A stretch of 64,000 nucleotides of DNA from Beijerinckiaceae bacterium (GTDB taxonomy: Bacteria; Pseudomonadota; Alphaproteobacteria; Rhizobiales; Beijerinckiaceae): the NCBI GenBank assembly GCA_965276595.1, contig CBDIBA010000002.1, forward strand, positions 2,802 to 66,801. Reading direction: 5' to 3'. Each line of letters opens with the position of its first letter. The stretch's first letter is position 1. The notes under the pieces were generated by a model. The model had not been told where the DNA came from. It was given only the letters and a program-made list of their open reading frames with translations, and ran no database searches. Both the position numbers and the translations under genes were made by a program. Shown piece by piece: positions 9,407-17,697 of this stretch.

Positions 9407-9458
9407 TGTGGAGGGCGAGATCGCGACGCCTGCGCGGCTCCGGCAGGCGCTCTAGGCG
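9407..9458 (+). repeat. Degenerate copy of the pyrC 3' end including its TAG stop
   Basis: Aligns to 4313-4380 with an internal deletion of about 15 bp and several substitutions. Confidence 0.8.
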
Positions 9459-9460
9459 CT

Positions 9461-10468
9461 TCAGGCGTCGCGCCGATAGGCCTGATACCAATCCACGAAG
9501 GCGCGCACGCCCTCTTCGATCGAGGTGTGCGGGCGATAGCCGGTGATGCGTTCGAGCGCCGCGCCGTCGGCGACGGTGCGCGGCGCGTCGCCCGGCTGCA
9601 TCGGCATGAGGTTGCGGATCGCCTTGCGCCCCAGCGCGCGCTCGATCGCATCGACGAAGTCGGTCAGCTTCACCGGCTCGCCGCGGCCGATGTTGACGAC
9701 GCGGTAGGGCGCGACGGGCGAAAGCGTGCGATCCGCGCCGGCCTCGCCCGAACCGGGCGGCGGCGGCCGCTCCATCAGAAGCTCGATCGCGTGCACGAGA
9801 TCCTCGACATAGGTGAAGTCGCGCCACATCTCGCCGTGATTGTAGAGATCGATCGGGCGTCCGTTCTCGATCGCCTCGACGAATTTGTTGAGCGCCATGT
9901 CCGGCCGCCCCCACGGGCCGTAGACGGTGAAGAAGCGGAAGCAGGTCGTGGGGATCGACCACAGATGCGCATTGGAATGCGCCATCGCCTCGCCGGCCTT
10001 CTTCGTCGCTGCATAAAGCGTCAGCGGGTAATCGGCGCGATGATCTTCTGCGAACGGAAGGATCGGGTCCGCGCCGTAGACTGAGCTCGTCGAGGCGAAC
10101 AGGAAATGCCCGACCCGCCGCGCGCGCGCCATCTCCATGACGTTGAACGCGCCGACGAGATTGGAATCGACGTAGGCGCGCGGGTTCTCGAGGCTGTAGC
10201 GAACGCCGGCCTGCGCGGCGAGATGCACGATGACGTCGGGTTGCGACGCCTCGACTGCGGCGCTCAGCGCCGGCGTATCTTCCAGCATGGCGAGATGCGC
10301 GTGAAACGCGTTGGAGCGCTGCAGGATCGCGAGACGCGCCTGCTTGAGGCGGACATCGTAATAGGGCGTCATGCCGTCGAATCCGTCGACCTCGTGGCCA
10401 TGCGCCAGCAATCGCGACGCGAGATGGAAGCCGATGAAGCCGGCCGCGCCGGTGATGAAGACGCGCAT
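9461..10468 (-). CDS. NAD-dependent epimerase (UDP-glucuronate 4-epimerase family)
   Basis: [54 protein letters not shown]. Confidence 0.92.
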   Translation of the reverse strand: MRVFITGAAGFIGFHLASRLLAHGHEVDGFDGMTPYYDVRLKQARLAILQRSNAFHAHLAMLEDTPALSAAVEASQPDVIVHLAAQAGVRYSLENPRAYVDSNLVGAFNVMEMARARRVGHFLFASTSSVYGADPILPFAEDHRADYPLTLYAATKKAGEAMAHSNAHLWSIPTTCFRFFTVYGPWGRPDMALNKFVEAIENGRPIDLYNHGEMWRDFTYVEDLVHAIELLMERPPPPGSGEAGADRTLSPVAPYRVVNIGRGEPVKLTDFVDAIERALGRKAIRNLMPMQPGDAPRTVADGAALERITGYRPHTSIEEGVRAFVDWYQAYRRDA

Positions 10469-10473
10469 GGCGT

Positions 10474-10974
10474 TCAGCCCTCCAAAGGTCCGAGCGGGCG
10501 CGCGCCGCCGAGGTCGATGCGCGCCAGGAGATCGGCGACGCGTTCGCCGCCGATCTGCGCGTGCGGCGCGATCTCCGCCAGCGGCCCCAGCACGAAGGCC
10601 CGCTCGCGCGCGCGCGGATGCGGGACGCTCAGGCCGGGCTCTTCGATCGTCGCGTCGCCATAGGCGATGAGGTCGACGTCGAGCGTGCGCGGTCCCCAGC
10701 GTTCGCCGCGCCGGCGGCCGCGCTCGGCTTCGACGGCGAGGCAGAGATCGAGCAGCGCGCGCGGAGACAGCGTCGTGCGCAAAACGGCGGCCATGTTGAG
10801 GAAGTCCGGCTGATCCGTCTTGCCCCAGGGCGGCGTGCGCCAGACGCTCGAAGCGATCACCTCGCGCACGCCCGCGCTCGCGCGCAGCCGCGCGAGCGCA
10901 TGACGAAAGGCGGCGCGCACGTCGCCTTCGTTGCCGCCGAGCGACAGCGTCGCGAGAACGCCCTCAGGGTTCAC
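10474..10974 (-). CDS. folK: 2-amino-4-hydroxy-6-hydroxymethyldihydropteridine diphosphokinase
   Basis: [31 protein letters not shown]. Confidence 0.95.
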   Translation of the reverse strand: MNPEGVLATLSLGGNEGDVRAAFRHALARLRASAGVREVIASSVWRTPPWGKTDQPDFLNMAAVLRTTLSPRALLDLCLAVEAERGRRRGERWGPRTLDVDLIAYGDATIEEPGLSVPHPRARERAFVLGPLAEIAPHAQIGGERVADLLARIDLGGARPLGPLEG

Positions 10975-11350
10975 GGGCCGCGTCTTCGCGCGTCAGCCGC
11001 AACTCGGCGCCGGCGGCGGCGATATGCTCGGGGATCGGCGGTTTCAGCTTCATCACGCGCACGAACACCGCGCTCACGGAGGGAAACCGCGACAGCAGCC
11101 CGCGCGCGAGCTCGACCGCGGCGCTCTCCACCAGCTTGTGGCGCCGCGTCGTGAAGATCTCGCGCGTCGTCGCGACGATATCGCCGTAGTCCAGCGCGTC
11201 GGCGAGGTGGTCGCTTTGCGCCGCCCGGCCGACGTCGGTTTCGAGTTCGAGGTCGATCATGTAGGGCTGCCCGAATTCGCCTTCGTGCCTGTGCCAGCCG
11301 TGATAGGCGTGCAGTTCGAGATCGTGGATCAGAACCTTGCCGACGAGCAT
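10964..11350 (-). CDS. folB: Dihydroneopterin aldolase
   Basis: HAYHG..HE...GQ, D L.DALDYG, KLVES, VMKLKPPI. Confidence 0.92.
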   Translation of the reverse strand: MLVGKVLIHDLELHAYHGWHRHEGEFGQPYMIDLELETDVGRAAQSDHLADALDYGDIVATTREIFTTRRHKLVESAAVELARGLLSRFPSVSAVFVRVMKLKPPIPEHIAAAGAELRLTREDAAREP

Positions 11351-11359
11351 ATGCTTCTC

Positions 11360-12331
11360 CTAGGCCGGACGCCGCATGATCGCCGCATAAACCTTCATCG
11401 CGTCGAGATGCTCCGCGACATCGTGCGCGCGCACGATGGCCGCCCCCGCCATCGCCCCGATGACCGCGGCGGCGAGCGAGCCGGCGAGCCGCTCGCGGGC
11501 GACGGCTCGGCCGCTCGCCTCGCCGATCGAGCGCTTGCGCGAGGCGCCGAGCAGAATCGGAAACCCGAGCTCGCGCAGGCGCGGCAACTCGCGCATCACG
11601 ATGAGACTCTGCGCGTTCGTCTTGCCGAAGCCGACGCCCGGGTCGACGATGATCTTGTCGGGCGCCACGCCGGCGGCGAGCGCGATATCGATCGAGCGGC
11701 GCAGGAAGTCGAGCACGTCGGCGACGATGTCGATCGAGGAATCGACCTCTTCGCGGTTGTGCATGACGACGATGGGAACGCCGTGCTCGGCGACGACGCG
11801 CGCCATGTCCGGGTCCTGCTGCAGACCCCACACGTCGTTGGCGACGCTGGCGCCGGCTTCGAGCGCGGCGGCGCAGACGCTCGCCTTGCGCGTGTCGATC
11901 GAGATCGGCAGATCGGTTCGCGCCGCGAGCCCGGCGACGACGGGGATCGCGCGGGCGCGCTCGTCGTCCGCATCGACCGGGCTGTGCCCGGGCCGCGTCG
12001 ATTCCCCGCCGATGTCGAGGATGTCCGCGCCGTCGTCCGCGAGGCGCAGGCCATGCGCGAGCGCGGCGGCGGAATCGAGAAAGTCGCCGCCGTCGGAGAA
12101 GGAATCGGGCGTCACGTTGACGATGCCCATGACGAGCGGGCGAGGCCCGAGCGCGAGCGGCCGGCGCGCCTTCTGGGCGCCGCGCTCGGCGAGAGGCGCG
12201 TCCGCGCCGGAGGCCGGCGGCGTGATGTCGCGCGCCCGCGACAGCGGGTCGGCCGCGCGGCCGGTGTCGTCGAGCGCCTTTTTCGCGCCGCGCACGCCGC
12301 GCCCCAAAGCGTAGAGATACTTGTCGAACAT
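11360..12331 (-). CDS. folP: Dihydropteroate synthase (start uncertain; N-terminal extension)
   Basis: MGIVNVTPDSFSDGG, DIGGESTRPG, VDPGVGFGK, GASRKR, RAHDV. Confidence 0.93.
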   Translation of the reverse strand: MFDKYLYALGRGVRGAKKALDDTGRAADPLSRARDITPPASGADAPLAERGAQKARRPLALGPRPLVMGIVNVTPDSFSDGGDFLDSAAALAHGLRLADDGADILDIGGESTRPGHSPVDADDERARAIPVVAGLAARTDLPISIDTRKASVCAAALEAGASVANDVWGLQQDPDMARVVAEHGVPIVVMHNREEVDSSIDIVADVLDFLRRSIDIALAAGVAPDKIIVDPGVGFGKTNAQSLIVMRELPRLRELGFPILLGASRKRSIGEASGRAVARERLAGSLAAAVIGAMAGAAIVRAHDVAEHLDAMKVYAAIMRRPA

Positions 12332-12369
12332 CGCCGCCCCGCAAGCGCCGTCGGCGCAGGCTCAATCGC

Positions 12370-13482
12370 TCATCGCTCGAACGGCCACGCCGGCGCCGCG
12401 CCGACCTGGCCGCGATGGCGCAGGAACGCGTCGGCCAGCACGATCGCCATCATCGCCTCGCCCACCGGAACCGCGCGGATCCCGACGCAGGGGTCGTGAC
12501 GGCCCTTGGTGCGGATTTCGGTCTCGGCGCCGAACCGGTCGATCGAGCGTCGTGGCGTCAGGATCGAGGAGGTCGGCTTGACCGCGAAACGCGCCACGAT
12601 CGGCTGCCCCGTCGAGACGCCGCCGAGCACGCCGCCGGCGTGGTTGGACAGGAACAGCGGCCGGCCGTCGTTTCCCATGCGCATCTCGTCGGCGTTCTCC
12701 TCGCCGCTGAGCGAGGCCGCCGCCACGCCGTCGCCGATCTCGACGGCTTTCACGGCGTTGATCGACATCAGCGCGCCCGCGAGCTCGGCGTCGAGCTTGC
12801 CGTAGAGCGGCGCGCCCCAGCCGGGCGGAACGCCGTCGGCGGCCAATTCGATCACCGCGCCGCAGGACGAGCCCGCCTTGCGCACGCCGTCGAGGTAGTC
12901 TTCCCAGCGCGCGGCCGCCGTGGCGTCCGGACAGAAGAACGGGTTCTCGTCGACCGCCTTCCAGTCCCAGTTCGCGCGGTCGATCGCGTGCGGGCCCATC
13001 TGCACCAGCGCGCCGCGGATCGTCACGCCGTCGACAATCTTGCGCGCCACGCCGCCGGCGGCGACGCGCATCGCGGTCTCGCGCGCCGAGGAGCGGCCGC
13101 CGCCCCGGTAGTCGCGCACGCCGTATTTGGCGTCGTAGGCGTAGTCGGCGTGGCCCGGCCGATAGGCGTCTTTGATCTCGCCGTAGTCCTTGGAGCGCTG
13201 ATCGACGTTCTCGATCATCAGGCCGATCGGCGTTCCGGTCGTCGCTTGCGCGCCGGCCTCGTCGCGCATCACGCCGGACAGGATCTTGACCTGGTCGGGC
13301 TCCTGCCGCTGCGTTGTGAAACGCGAGCGTCCCGGCCGGCGCTTGTCGAGGTAGACCTGCAGGTCGGCCTCGGTCAGCGGGAGGCGGGGCGGGCACCCGT
13401 CGATGACGCAGCCGATCGCCGGCCCATGGCTTTCGCCCCAGGTCGTCACGCGGAAGAGATGGCCAAACGTGTTGTGCGACAT
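12370..13482 (-). CDS. aroC: Chorismate synthase
   Basis: MSHNTFG...TWGESHG, RPGHAD, RSSARET, GRHDPCV. Confidence 0.97.
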   Translation of the reverse strand: MSHNTFGHLFRVTTWGESHGPAIGCVIDGCPPRLPLTEADLQVYLDKRRPGRSRFTTQRQEPDQVKILSGVMRDEAGAQATTGTPIGLMIENVDQRSKDYGEIKDAYRPGHADYAYDAKYGVRDYRGGGRSSARETAMRVAAGGVARKIVDGVTIRGALVQMGPHAIDRANWDWKAVDENPFFCPDATAAARWEDYLDGVRKAGSSCGAVIELAADGVPPGWGAPLYGKLDAELAGALMSINAVKAVEIGDGVAAASLSGEENADEMRMGNDGRPLFLSNHAGGVLGGVSTGQPIVARFAVKPTSSILTPRRSIDRFGAETEIRTKGRHDPCVGIRAVPVGEAMMAIVLADAFLRHRGQVGAAPAWPFER

Positions 13483-13748
13483 CGGCGGGCTCGGGCGCCC
13501 GATTACTAGGGGCGGCGTTCCGCGCGGTCAAATGACGCGACCTGCGCATTGTCGCGTGTCGCAGCGGACACGACGCGAACGTCGTCGATGCGCCGTCGAG
13601 GGGAGCCGGCCGGCGTTTCGTTCCCTCGATCGTCGACAAACCGTGATAAAGGTCGTCGCCGGTTAAATTGCGGGGCGTTGTCTTCCCGCGAGCCTGGCTT
13701 GGGGGCCCGTGAGCGGGCGAGATCACGAACGACACGCGTGGTGTTTCG

Positions 13749-14759
13749 ATGCGATTCCGCCGTCCCGCCAATACGGATTGCGACATCTCCGAAATCGGCT
13801 TCGGCTGCGGCGGCAACGCCGGCCTGATGACGCGTGGAAGCGCCGCCGAACAGGAGAGGATCATCGGCCGCGCGCGCGATCTCGGCGTCAATTATTTCGA
13901 CAACGCGCCCGACTACGGCGACGGGATCGCCGAAACACATCTCGGCGATGCGCTGCGGACGCTGAAGTGGCGACCGCTGCTTACGTCGAAGGTTGAAATC
14001 CGCGCCGAGGATTTGGGCGACATCGCCGCGCATGTCGTGCGTTCGACGGAAGACAGCCTACGGCGGCTTCGCGTCGACCGGCTCGACTTTCTGCAAATCC
14101 ACAACGGCCCGACGCGCGCCGGATTCAAGCCGGAGGGCCGCGCTTACGCGCAACTGGCGTACGAGGATTTCGTGCGGGACGGCGGCGCCCTCGAAGGGCT
14201 TGCTAAGCTCCTGCGCGACGGCAAGGCCCGGTTCGTCGGCTTCGTCTGCCGCGGCGACGACGGCGCCTATGTGCGCCAATTGCTCGACGCCACGACATTC
14301 CACATGCTCAACATTCCCTACACCCTGCTCAATCCGAGCGCCGGGATGGCCAAGCCCGACGGGCTCGCCGGACGCGACTTCGGCCGTGCGATCGTCGAGG
14401 CGCAGAAGCGCGGCGTCGGGGCCGCGATCTACGCGCCGCTCGCCGGCGGCCTTCTGACCGACGCCGCCATCGACGGCGCCCCGCTGCATCCCTTGGCGCG
14501 CGTCAACGATAGGCAATCGGCGTCCGCGCAACGGATGCTCGCCATGGCGAAACGATTTCGGTTCCTGAGGCAGGAACTCGGCGGAACGCTGGCGCAGGCG
14601 GCGGTGCGCTTCATCTTGGCGCATTCCGGCGTCACGACGGCGATCGGCGGATTTTCTTCGGCCGAGCAGATGGAGGAGAGCGCCGCCGCATCGGATGCGC
14701 CGCCGCTCGACGATACGATCATGGCGCGCATCGCCGACGTCTGGCGGGCGCCGCCTTGA
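13749..14759 (+). CDS. Aldo/keto reductase
   Basis: SEIGFG, YFDNAPDYGDG, SLRRLRVDRLDFLQIH, YAPLAGGLL. Confidence 0.85.
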   Translation: MRFRRPANTDCDISEIGFGCGGNAGLMTRGSAAEQERIIGRARDLGVNYFDNAPDYGDGIAETHLGDALRTLKWRPLLTSKVEIRAEDLGDIAAHVVRSTEDSLRRLRVDRLDFLQIHNGPTRAGFKPEGRAYAQLAYEDFVRDGGALEGLAKLLRDGKARFVGFVCRGDDGAYVRQLLDATTFHMLNIPYTLLNPSAGMAKPDGLAGRDFGRAIVEAQKRGVGAAIYAPLAGGLLTDAAIDGAPLHPLARVNDRQSASAQRMLAMAKRFRFLRQELGGTLAQAAVRFILAHSGVTTAIGGFSSAEQMEESAAASDAPPLDDTIMARIADVWRAPP

Positions 14760-16115
14760 TCATTCCGCCGGCGCCGGCGCCCCCATCTGCGCCACTTGGA
14801 ATTCCTCGATGCGCCGGTGCAGTTCCTTGACGAGATCGACGGCCGGCCCGTAGCGGTCGGCGTCGTCGGTCGCAAAGCCCTTGTGATACATCTTGCGGAA
14901 CGTTTGGCTGATCGACAGGTCCCGCGACGCCCAGTCGGGCTTGACCCAGTTCTCCGGCTCCGCGCCGCCATGCAGCATTCCGGCGCGCTCCTCACGGAAC
15001 ACGTTCAGCGGATCGTCGCCGCGCTCCACCTTGGCGATTTCTTGATCGAGTTGCCGGCGCAGCAACGCGATCGGCACGTCGGTGCGCCCGAGTTTCTCCT
15101 GCGAACGATCGACGATCGGTCCTTGCGCCACCCAGACGATGATGTCCTGCGCCAGGACGAAATCGAGAATAGGCCGGCCATTCGCGTCCTTGAGCGGGGG
15201 CTCGTACCAGGGAACGATGTCCTGATGGGGCGCCTCCACGCCCGGCGGCGCGGCGTAGCACTGGTAGCAGATGTGATAGGTGTGCGTGTCGTCCATCGGC
15301 ACGCGGATCTGAAATTCGCTGCGCGGCGACCCCGGTTTGCCGGTCTGCGTATAAAACGGAAAGATCACCGCCGAGTGCTTGCGCACGCCGTCCGTGTCGG
15401 CGCCGAGCTCCCTCGAATAGGCGATGCCCTTTTCAAACCCATACTCGGTCAGGCTGGCGTTCACGTCCTTGATGCCGAGGCCCCATTTCTTGCGTGTGTG
15501 CAGCGTATGGGTCTGGCTCTCGGCGCGGTTCTGCATGCCCTGGCGCTCGAGAACGTACTCGAACATGTGGCCGTGCGTGTAGACGCTATGCGTCGGATCG
15601 CCGGTGTTCTCCTGGCACTGCAGCCAGTTGCAGTCGATGACGTTGATCCCGATCTGCCGGACGGCGTTCGGCCAAACGTAAAGGTCCCATTTCGGCAGCG
15701 CCGGCGCGGGGAGCGGACCCATATAGGCGAAGACGAGCCCGCCGAGCTCCCGCACGGGGTAGGCCTTCATCTTATGGTTGAATACGGTGTCGGGCTTCTC
15801 CATCGGCCGTTCGAGGCAGGTTCCGTCCTCGCCGAAGAGCCAGCCATGATAGGGACAGCGCAGGCCGCACTCGTCGGGGATGCCGTATTGCAGGTCGACG
15901 AGCCGGTGCAGACAGCGATCGCCGATCAACCCCAACCCGCCCTGCTTGTTGCGGTAGAGAATCAGGTCCTCGCAGAGCACGCGCACTTTACGGACCGGAT
16001 TTTCGAGCAGCTGCGCGAAGGGCCCGATCGGGATCCAATATCGGCGCATGAGTTCGCCGCAGGGCGTTCCCGGTCCGACCCGCGTCAGCCGTTCGTTTTT
16101 TTCGGGTGTGATCAC
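14760..16115 (-). CDS. Rieske non-heme iron oxygenase alpha subunit (phthalate 4,5-dioxygenase/LigX-like family)
   Basis: LTRVGPGTPCGELMRRYW, Rieske CLH...CPYHGW, ENTGDPTHSVYTH. GTG at 16115 with GGAGG RBS. Confidence 0.88.
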   Translation of the reverse strand: MITPEKNERLTRVGPGTPCGELMRRYWIPIGPFAQLLENPVRKVRVLCEDLILYRNKQGGLGLIGDRCLHRLVDLQYGIPDECGLRCPYHGWLFGEDGTCLERPMEKPDTVFNHKMKAYPVRELGGLVFAYMGPLPAPALPKWDLYVWPNAVRQIGINVIDCNWLQCQENTGDPTHSVYTHGHMFEYVLERQGMQNRAESQTHTLHTRKKWGLGIKDVNASLTEYGFEKGIAYSRELGADTDGVRKHSAVIFPFYTQTGKPGSPRSEFQIRVPMDDTHTYHICYQCYAAPPGVEAPHQDIVPWYEPPLKDANGRPILDFVLAQDIIVWVAQGPIVDRSQEKLGRTDVPIALLRRQLDQEIAKVERGDDPLNVFREERAGMLHGGAEPENWVKPDWASRDLSISQTFRKMYHKGFATDDADRYGPAVDLVKELHRRIEEFQVAQMGAPAPAE

Positions 16116-16131
16116 AGGCTCCTCCCAAGCT

Positions 16132-17172
16132 TTATGGCGCGACGTATTTGGCGGCGCGGTCGGTGACCCGCTTCGGGAACGCATACACCTTTTTAAAGAA
16201 CGCCTCGATGTCGGAAGGCCGCGCGAAATCCCGCCCCGTCGTCAGGATATTGTCGGCGTCGGCGATGAAATCGGGATCGTTCACGGCCTTTTCGAAAGCG
16301 TCTCGCAAGGCGTCGAGTCGCGCTTGCGGCACATCTTCGGGCGCCGAGAAGGTGCGCAGGAATCGTCCGGAGCCGAAAATCAGCTCCATGATCTGGCGGT
16401 CGTCGTCGTTCTTGGCGAGATCGATGGCGAGCGGCGTGTCAGCGAGGTCGGGATGCGATTTGAGCGCGAGTTGCACCAGCACGGTCACGGTTTTGTTGGC
16501 GATCCAGTCGGGATGATCGTGCTTCAGCGTTTCCCAGTCCCAGCCGGCGCGTCCATTGACCTCGCCGCGCGTGACGGCGAGGTTGATCTCGGCGCCGCCG
16601 CCCGAGTAGCCGTAGATGACCTTGAACTTGGTATCGAGCAGGTCGTTGGCGAGCACCGCATAGGCGCTGGTGGCGTCGAGCCCGGCGGCGCCAAGCAGAT
16701 CGACCTTGTCGCGCGCGGCCTCGAGGGTCGTCGCCGGCGAATCGCTGCGCACGTAAATGGTGGGCGTGCCGCGCGACGCCATCGAACCGATCCACGCCAT
16801 CTTCTGGCTGTCGAAACGGACGCCCTGCGTATTGAGCAGCTTCGCCAGGGGAATGAAGTCGGCCAGCAATCCGATCGTCGAGCCGTCGCGCGGCGCGCCG
16901 CCGTAAAGGTAATTGGCGGCGGCGACGCTGGCCGCTCCGGGCATGTTCTGCACCACGATTTGCGGCTGGCCGGGAATGTATTTGCCGAAATGTTTGGCGA
17001 GCAGCCGCGCGGCCTGATCGTAACCGCCGCCAGGCGCATAGCCGACGACGATCGTCAGCGTTTTCCCGCGATAAAAATCGGCGACGGCGTCGTCGGCCTG
17101 CGCAGCGGACGCGATGATCTGGCCCAACAGAGCGATACAGATGGCTTCGGCGAATTGCTTCAGTCGCGCCAT
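16132..17172 (-). CDS. Bug/TctC-type periplasmic substrate-binding protein
   Basis: Signal peptide, VVGYAPGGGYD..ARL, VQNMPGAAS..AANYLY. ATG at 17172 with GAGGAGG RBS. Confidence 0.88.
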   Translation of the reverse strand: MARLKQFAEAICIALLGQIIASAAQADDAVADFYRGKTLTIVVGYAPGGGYDQAARLLAKHFGKYIPGQPQIVVQNMPGAASVAAANYLYGGAPRDGSTIGLLADFIPLAKLLNTQGVRFDSQKMAWIGSMASRGTPTIYVRSDSPATTLEAARDKVDLLGAAGLDATSAYAVLANDLLDTKFKVIYGYSGGGAEINLAVTRGEVNGRAGWDWETLKHDHPDWIANKTVTVLVQLALKSHPDLADTPLAIDLAKNDDDRQIMELIFGSGRFLRTFSAPEDVPQARLDALRDAFEKAVNDPDFIADADNILTTGRDFARPSDIEAFFKKVYAFPKRVTDRAAKYVAP

Positions 17173-17324
17173 CCATAATCCTCCTCGCCCGAAATCGGCT
17201 TGCGACATCGGTAGGGCGACAGTCTAATCGTCCGCCGTCGCGCTGCAAATCGCATGAGGGGCTTTGCGGGGCGCCGAAACCAGATCGTCATTAACGCAGA
17301 TGGCGATGGCGCAATGTTGTCCCG

Positions 17325-17459
17325 CCCCTCACCCTCACCCTCCCCGCAGGCGGGGCGAGGGGATCTCCACGTCGCCAACACGCTGGCGTTTGGACGAGCG
17401 TCTGCCGCAGCGCTCCCTCTCCCCGTCGCGACGGGGAGAGGGCCGGGGTGAGGGGCGAA
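17325..17459. repeat. Inverted pair of family A REP-like hairpins
   Basis: cccctcaccct..tccccgcaggcggggcgagggga ... ctccctctccccgtcgcgacggggagagggccggggtgaggggc. The right hairpin is near-identical to 36041-36093. Confidence 0.88.
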
Positions 17460-17507
17460 CGATCATCGAGTTCGGCGTCGGCCATCGTCGGCCTTGTGAC
17501 TCCGCGT

Positions 17508-17650
17508 CGTCATTGCGAGGAGCGCAGCGCAACGTCAACCCAGCAGCGATGCGATCCCTAGGTTGCTTCGTCGCCTTCGGCTCCTCGCGATGACGACGCT
17601 GGTTCGGCCCGTCGTAACGACGGTGTGGCTTCGCTCCGCTCGCGATGACG
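17508..17650. repeat. Family B CGTC-tagged palindromic element plus an extra right end
   Basis: cgtcattgcgaggagcg...gctcctcgcgatgacg (17508-17595) and gcttcgctccgctcgcgatgacg (17628-17650). Confidence 0.85.
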
Positions 17651-17697
17651 TTGCGCTCCGCTCGAAACGCCAATGTCGCCCATCGCCCGCAATGAAC

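Noticed and set aside
13475-17211. 11-bp match tgcgacatcgg at the aroC start (13475-13485) and at 17201-17211
   Set aside because: Too short to call another gene-start duplication, and the homology does not extend.
17325-17650. Clustered palindromic repeats as a possible CRISPR array
   Set aside because: Units are inverted and heterogeneous, there is no regular repeat-spacer period, and no cas genes are present.
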